Positions 55,083 to 64,000 of a stretch of DNA of 64,000 nt are shown in pieces. Source of the DNA: Octopus vulgaris (lineage: Eukaryota); contig OX597823.1 of NCBI GenBank assembly GCA_951406725.2, forward strand, positions 100,626,001-100,690,000, given 5' to 3'. The position numbers and the translations under genes are program-made. The notes under the pieces were generated by a model that saw only the letters and a list, made by a program, of their open reading frames with translations, made no database searches and was not told the origin of the DNA. How positions within the stretch are numbered: the first letter of the stretch is position 1; each line of letters opens with the position of its first letter.

Positions 55083-57168
55083 AATTACACATACCACAGT
55101 ATGTTGTACTACGGACCGACAGAAAAGAAAGGAGTCATGGAGGAGTTGCTATGTACATCCGTGAGGACCTCACACCCCAGGTCCTTTTGTCATACTCAAA
55201 CTCGGTGTGTGACACACTAATTGTACATATTAGGCAACTTGATGTAGTTGTGTGTGCTACATATCGCCCTCCAGATGCCCCAAGTCATATGGGCAAGTTT
55301 GAGGACTGCCTTTTAAAAATAGAAGAAGTTCTAATCACATTAGAACAACACATAAGTGTACTTCTCATGGGAGACTTCAATCTACCCAATGTCAGATGGC
55401 CCGAGGGCCTTTCTCTCCCAGGAATGACAAGATGTGAACGAGGACAGGCGAGGTCCCTCCTGAACCTCATCAACACCCTGTACATGGAGCAAGTAATACT
55501 CCAACCAACCAGAGCAGGTAACACACTGGATCTCTGCTTCACAAATAATATGGATCTCATCCATAATGTGAAAGTGACACCGACACTACTCTCGGATCAC
55601 AACATGGTAGAGCTGACCATGTACGGGCCAAAAGAGAGCACGGACATGCAGCCTACAAGAAACCCTCAGAATCTTTCCAGCTTGAACTTCAATAAGGCAA
55701 ACTGGAAACAAATTGAGAAAGAGATCCTCAAACAAAACTGGCCTGAATGTCTATCCTCGCCGGACATCGACATGATACTTCAACAATTCATGTCTGTAAT
55801 GCAAGCCATATGCTACAAATGTGTCCCAGAGAGAAAGGCCACTGTACACAAGAACAAAATCCCCAGAGAGAGGAAAATTCTAATGAGACGGCGTACAAAA
55901 ATTTCAAATCGCCTAAACAAACAGATTGAAAGCAGTGAAAAGTCCCGCCTGAAAATAAAACTGTTGGAAATTGAAAATTGTCTGCCACTCTCCCATGAGA
56001 AGGAAAGAGCAGACAAAGAAGCCTGGGCTATGGACAACATAAAAACTAACCCCAGAGCTTTCTACAGGTATGCCAAAGAAACAGCTACGGTGCACTGTAG
56101 GATAGGGCCACTCATTGAAAAGGATGGCACACTCACAGGAAAACCAATGAGGGTAAGTGAAATACTGAATGAACAATTCAAGAGTGTTTTCACTCCACCC
56201 CTTGGGCATTTCCAATTCAGCAATCCAACTGACTTCTTTACCACTGCAGATATAGAATCAGAGGCGGCGACGATAAATTACATTGATATAAAGGAAGACG
56301 ATGTAATAAAGGCTATAGATGAAATGAAAACAGACTCAGCTATTGGCCCCGATGGATTCCCGGCAATCCTCCTAAAAGTATGTAAGAGAGTCCTAGCAAG
56401 ACCACTGCAGTTCCTCTTTCAGAGCTTCCTTGCAGCTGGCAAACTTCCAAGAAAACTGAAGGAAGGTAAAATATGCCCTATTCATAAAGGAGATAGCAGA
56501 GCGGAGGCCAAGAACTACAGACCTATCTCTCTGACCTCACACATCAGCAAGGTCATGGAACGAATAGTCAGAAGGAAACTAATCACCTTCCTTGAAGAAA
56601 ATGACTTGCTGCCTGACACTCAACATGGTTCCTGACCAGGAAGAAGCTGCTTAACTCAGCTCCTGCAGCACTATGACTGGGTGCTGAAACAACTGCTCAA
56701 CCACTCAAATGTGGAAGTCATATATCTCGACTTCGCAAAGGCCTTCGATAAAGTCGATCATGGAATGATATGTCACAAACTGCGTGATCTTGGCATAGTT
56801 GGAAAACTAGGAGAATGGCTTCATGACTTTCTGAAGAATAGAAGCCAGGTGGTACCAGCCAATGGGGCCACTTCCATTAGCACGCAAATAGTGAGCGGTG
56901 TTCCGCAGGGCACTGTTTTGGGACCACTACTGTTCATAATGGCCCTCTCAGACATGCCCTCAGCCACGCAGAGAGCCACGATCACAAGTTATGCAGATGA
57001 TACAAAAGTTTCACAGGCAATACAGAACCCTGAAGACACTAAGCACCTGCAATGTGAGCTGGATGAAATATACAAGTGGGCTGAAAAGAATAGCATGCAG
57101 TTCAATGCTGAAAAGTTTCAAGCTTTATACTATCAGCATGCAAAACTGAATGCAATACCCAATGAATA
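55083..57168 (+). mobile_element. Young CR1-group LINE ORF2 segment (APE C-terminal part + RT), inverted relative to its own 5' part
   Basis: ORF 54986..56635 (RTDR..GGVA, YRPP, MGDFN, PTRAGNTLDL, SDHN, GPDGFP, NYRPISLTS), single stop at 56633, ORF 56681..57217 (YLDFAKAFDKVDH, GVPQGTVLGPLLF, YADD). Confidence 0.95.
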
Positions 57169-57846
<678 letters not shown>

Positions 57847-57916
57847 ACTTTGATACTTTGATAGGTTTCGGACATTATTGGCCCAGGCCATGTCTAACTT
57901 AATAGCACCATATATA

Positions 57917-58069
<153 letters not shown>

Positions 58070-58083
58070 ATACATATATATAT

Positions 58084-58274
<191 letters not shown>

Positions 58275-58653
58275 CTCTTACTCTTTTTACTCTTTTACTT
58301 GTTTCAGTCATTTGACTGCGGCCATGCTGGAGCACCACCTTTTAGTACTTATTCTATCGGTCTCTTTTTGCCGAACCGCTAAGTGACGGGGACCTAAACA
58401 CACCAGCATCGGTTGTCAAGCAATGCTAGGGGGACAAACACAGACACACAAACACACACACATATACATATACATATATATACATATATACGACAGGCTT
58501 CTTTCAGTTTCCGTCTACCAAATCCACTCACAAGGCATTGGTCGACCCGGGGCTATAGCAGAAGACACTTGCCCAAGATGCCACGCAGTGGGACTGAACC
58601 CGCAACCGTGTGGTTGGTTAGCAAGCTACTTACCACACAGCCACTCCTGCGCC
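58275..58653 (-). mobile_element. tRNA-derived SINE, young copy
   Basis: Reverse complement of the consensus head ggcgcaggagtggctgtgtggtaagtagcttgc and tail. Confidence 0.9.
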
Positions 58654-58665
58654 TATATATATATA

Positions 58666-59243
<578 letters not shown>

Positions 59244-59250
59244 ATATATA

Positions 59251-59459
<209 letters not shown>

Positions 59460-59487
59460 ATTATATATATATATATTTATATATATA

Positions 59488-59580
<93 letters not shown>

Positions 59581-59608
59581 ATATATATATATATATTATA
59601 TATATTAT

Positions 59609-60655
<1,047 letters not shown>

Positions 60656-60674
60656 TTATATATATATATATATA

Positions 60675-60866
<192 letters not shown>

Positions 60867-61124
60867 GTAAACAAAGTTAAATGTGATACAATAAAATTAA
60901 TTATAATCGCCGGTGTACCAGTACACGCCATATATTATTCATGTATAAATTACATTCAAGGCGAAGTGTGCACTAGATACACAAATGCTGGATAAATTTA
61001 GTGAGATGAAAATTAAAAACTTTTACAAACTTAGCTTTTCTTATACTGCAGTTTCGCCAAATTCAGTAATAAAAATAATATTTTTTTACTCAGGCTGGCT
61101 CTTCTTTTCAGCCCACTTGTATAT

Positions 61125-61257
<133 letters not shown>

Positions 61258-61267
61258 ATATATATAT

Positions 61268-62396
61268 TGTTACGGAATCACCCGTCGTCGCCCGTCCCGA
61301 ACGGCTCACACAAGTTCCGCCACGGAACCCAAAGAGGCGGAGAGAGGAGATACAGATAGATACCGCCACAACCTCAACAGCACAGAGATAGAGGCACAAC
61401 CCGAGATACAACCCAAAGAGGCAAGGCAACAGAGACACTGGCTTATATTCAAACAACAGTTTATACGACAATTACAATTGTTACAACATCAAGATACATC
61501 AAAGCATGCACGTGACTACTCAATACATAATACAACAGCATTTCAAGAGTACAACTCAAAGCATAATACAACATCATGTAACAATTCAAGAGTACACGTC
61601 CCAAGACAACAGTTCTTTTCCCAAATCACATCACAATCAACAAGTCCTTTACTCTTCTTCTTCACAATGTCCTTTATCGACTACATCGACAGAGTCCTGA
61701 CTGTTCTCTTCACTGTTCAATACACAAATCACATACCTCAATTTCCTAATTGAATCTGCCAGTGTCCCATTCCTCTGAATACTGCTAATTCCTCTGAATA
61801 CTGCTAATTCCTCTGAATACTGCTAATTCCCTTCTGTGCCGCCAAGCTTTCTCGCATCCAACTTGCTCCTAAGAATTCCAACGCTTGCTCCTTAAATCCA
61901 AGGTCCGTCTGTCTTCTTCGAGGACCGGCCAGCGACTGCAAGATCCGTCTGTGTTCCTCGACGACCGCTCAACGACTGCCCAGAACCTCACTTCCTTGTC
62001 CTGACTTCCACTCCCTCATCTCCCTCTGTCTATATCGCTCTTACCCTTTCTAACTGCCCTGGTCCTTATACCCTATCTATATCGCCTGCTGTCTCTTAGC
62101 CTCTCCATCCGTCCCCTACTGCTTATACTCTACCTCTCTCATGACAGCTCTACCAAACTCTCTGCCTGTCCTTCTCTCTTACTGTCAATACCCTCTCCAT
62201 CTGCTCCTAGATTCCCTTAATCTGTCCTCCTCTTCTTTCACTTCTCACTGACCCTCTTATCAACCACACGAGGTCACAGGTCATTCCAAAACCCATTAGT
62301 CCTCCATTAGACAAAAGACTGTCACATTTCGCCCAGACATGCCGGAACCATAATTCCAATGTGGGTCACCAGAAATGCACTTAGCCAACCGTAACA
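61268..62396. mobile_element. Solo LTR (gypsy-like), 1129 bp
   Basis: TGTTACGG...CCGTAACA termini, ATAT on both flanks, second partial copy at 54746; internal 19-bp triplication attcctctgaatactgcta at ~61769-61830. Confidence 0.85.
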
Positions 62397-62405
62397 ATAT
62401 ATATA

Positions 62406-62707
<302 letters not shown>

Positions 62708-62739
62708 TATATATATATATATTATATATTATATCTATA

Positions 62740-62937
<198 letters not shown>

Positions 62938-63099
62938 GTGTGTGTGATTGTGTATAGAAGAATATATTAATAAAAAGAATTCCAACCTTGTCTGATTTTC
63001 ACGTTTTATTTACAATCTTATAATGATATATTATAAGATAATATATTATAATTGAATAAAATAAAATGAAATAGTAGAATGTTAAATATTCATTCTGAT

Positions 63100-63144
63100 T
63101 GAACTAGTACTTTCATGCATTGAATTCTGCAATCTTCGGGTTCA
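63100..63144 (-). ncRNA. Mirror copy of the candidate hammerhead ribozyme
   Basis: Exact reverse complement of 63789-63833. Confidence 0.6.
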
Positions 63145-63788
63145 TGTAGTAGTGTTGACAGTCATGCTTCACAATTTTTGACTGTAGCAAGATGAGTGAT
63201 TCTGTGCTATAAATACAGCTGGGTAGGCTCCAGAGTGCTAGGTTTTGCAAACTGTATTCTGACCAATCAGTGTGTAGTATCACTCAATTACTTAAGCTGA
63301 TTGGTTGGTTGAGCTGATTGGTTTAGGCATCACGCTTTGTTGGACAGGTCAAGAGTCCTGTATCTTGACCCTGGCCAAAGCAGCAATTGTTGGGTTATTT
63401 TTAGAAATGTTGTAAATATCCTTTGTCAGAGATTTTTATATTTTTATATTTCAATTGTCATCATCATCATGATGACAATTGAAATATAAAAATATAAAAA
63501 TCTCTGACAAAGGATATTTACAACATTTCTAAAAATAACCCAACAATTGCTGCTTTGGCCAGGGTCAAGATACAGGACTCTTGACCTGTCCAACAAAGCG
63601 TGATGCCTAAACCAATCAGCTCAACCAACCAATCAGCTTAAGTAATTGAGTGATACTACACACTGATTGGTCAGAATACAGTTTGCAAAACCTAGCACTC
63701 TGGAGCCTACCCAGCTGTATTTATAGCACAGAATCACTCATCTTGCTACAGTCAAAAATTGTGAAGCATGACTGTCAACACTACTACA

Positions 63789-63833
63789 TGAACCCGAAGA
63801 TTGCAGAATTCAATGCATGAAAGTACTAGTTCA
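63789..63833 (+). ncRNA. Candidate minimal type I hammerhead ribozyme
   Basis: tgaac-CCGAAGA-t-tgca-gaattcaa-tgca-t-GAAA-gtac-TA-gttca: stem I tgaac/gttca, stem II tgca/tgca, palindromic stem III AGTACT, predicted cut after 63828. Deviations: U4C and a U-U pair at the base of stem II. Confidence 0.6.
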
Positions 63834-63961
63834 ATCAGAATGAATATTTAACATTCTACTATTTCATTTTATTTTATTCAATTATAATATATTATCTTAT
63901 AATATATCATTATAAGATTGTAAATAAAACGTGAAAATCAGACAAGGTTGGAATTCTTTTA

Positions 63962-63999
<38 letters not shown>

Positions 64000-64000
64000 T

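Larger units (their letters stand above)
62962..63970. repeat. ~1-kb palindrome (two ~500-bp arms, 4-nt loop), Penelope pseudo-LTR-like
   Basis: 62962-63464 is the reverse complement of 63469-63970 (one indel noticed in an A-run); loop catc at 63465-63468. Each arm has CCAAT boxes, a TATA-like motif, a hammerhead-like motif and AATAAA. Confidence 0.95.

Overview
AT-rich, repeat-saturated eukaryotic DNA. The SINE families, RTE/CR1 LINEs and long (TA)n and (CA)n tracts look like an octopus/cephalopod genome (inference from repeat style). Most ORF-track entries are microsatellite or transposon artefacts. Supported content: a decayed Tc1/mariner, several Helitrons (one with RepHel remnants, one carrying a captured ORF-like fragment), RTE and CR1-group LINE relics, a Penelope-type GIY-YIG fragment, a gypsy-like solo LTR plus a truncated copy, a TIR-bounded MITE and many tRNA-derived SINEs. 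Two or three small minus-strand exons (14587-14666, 31544-31587, ~50195) may be the 5' end of a long-intron host gene, tentatively INPP5B/OCRL-like; CpG decay in repeats changes near the putative promoter. The most striking signal is a set of fold-back repeats abutting (TA)n (22.97-23.66 kb, 29.25-30.51 kb, 54.37-54.53 kb, 62.96-63.97 kb), plus three sequence-unrelated repeats that share a minimal hammerhead-ribozyme signature (GAAA + palindromic stem III + UA). All calls are by eye; no searches were run.
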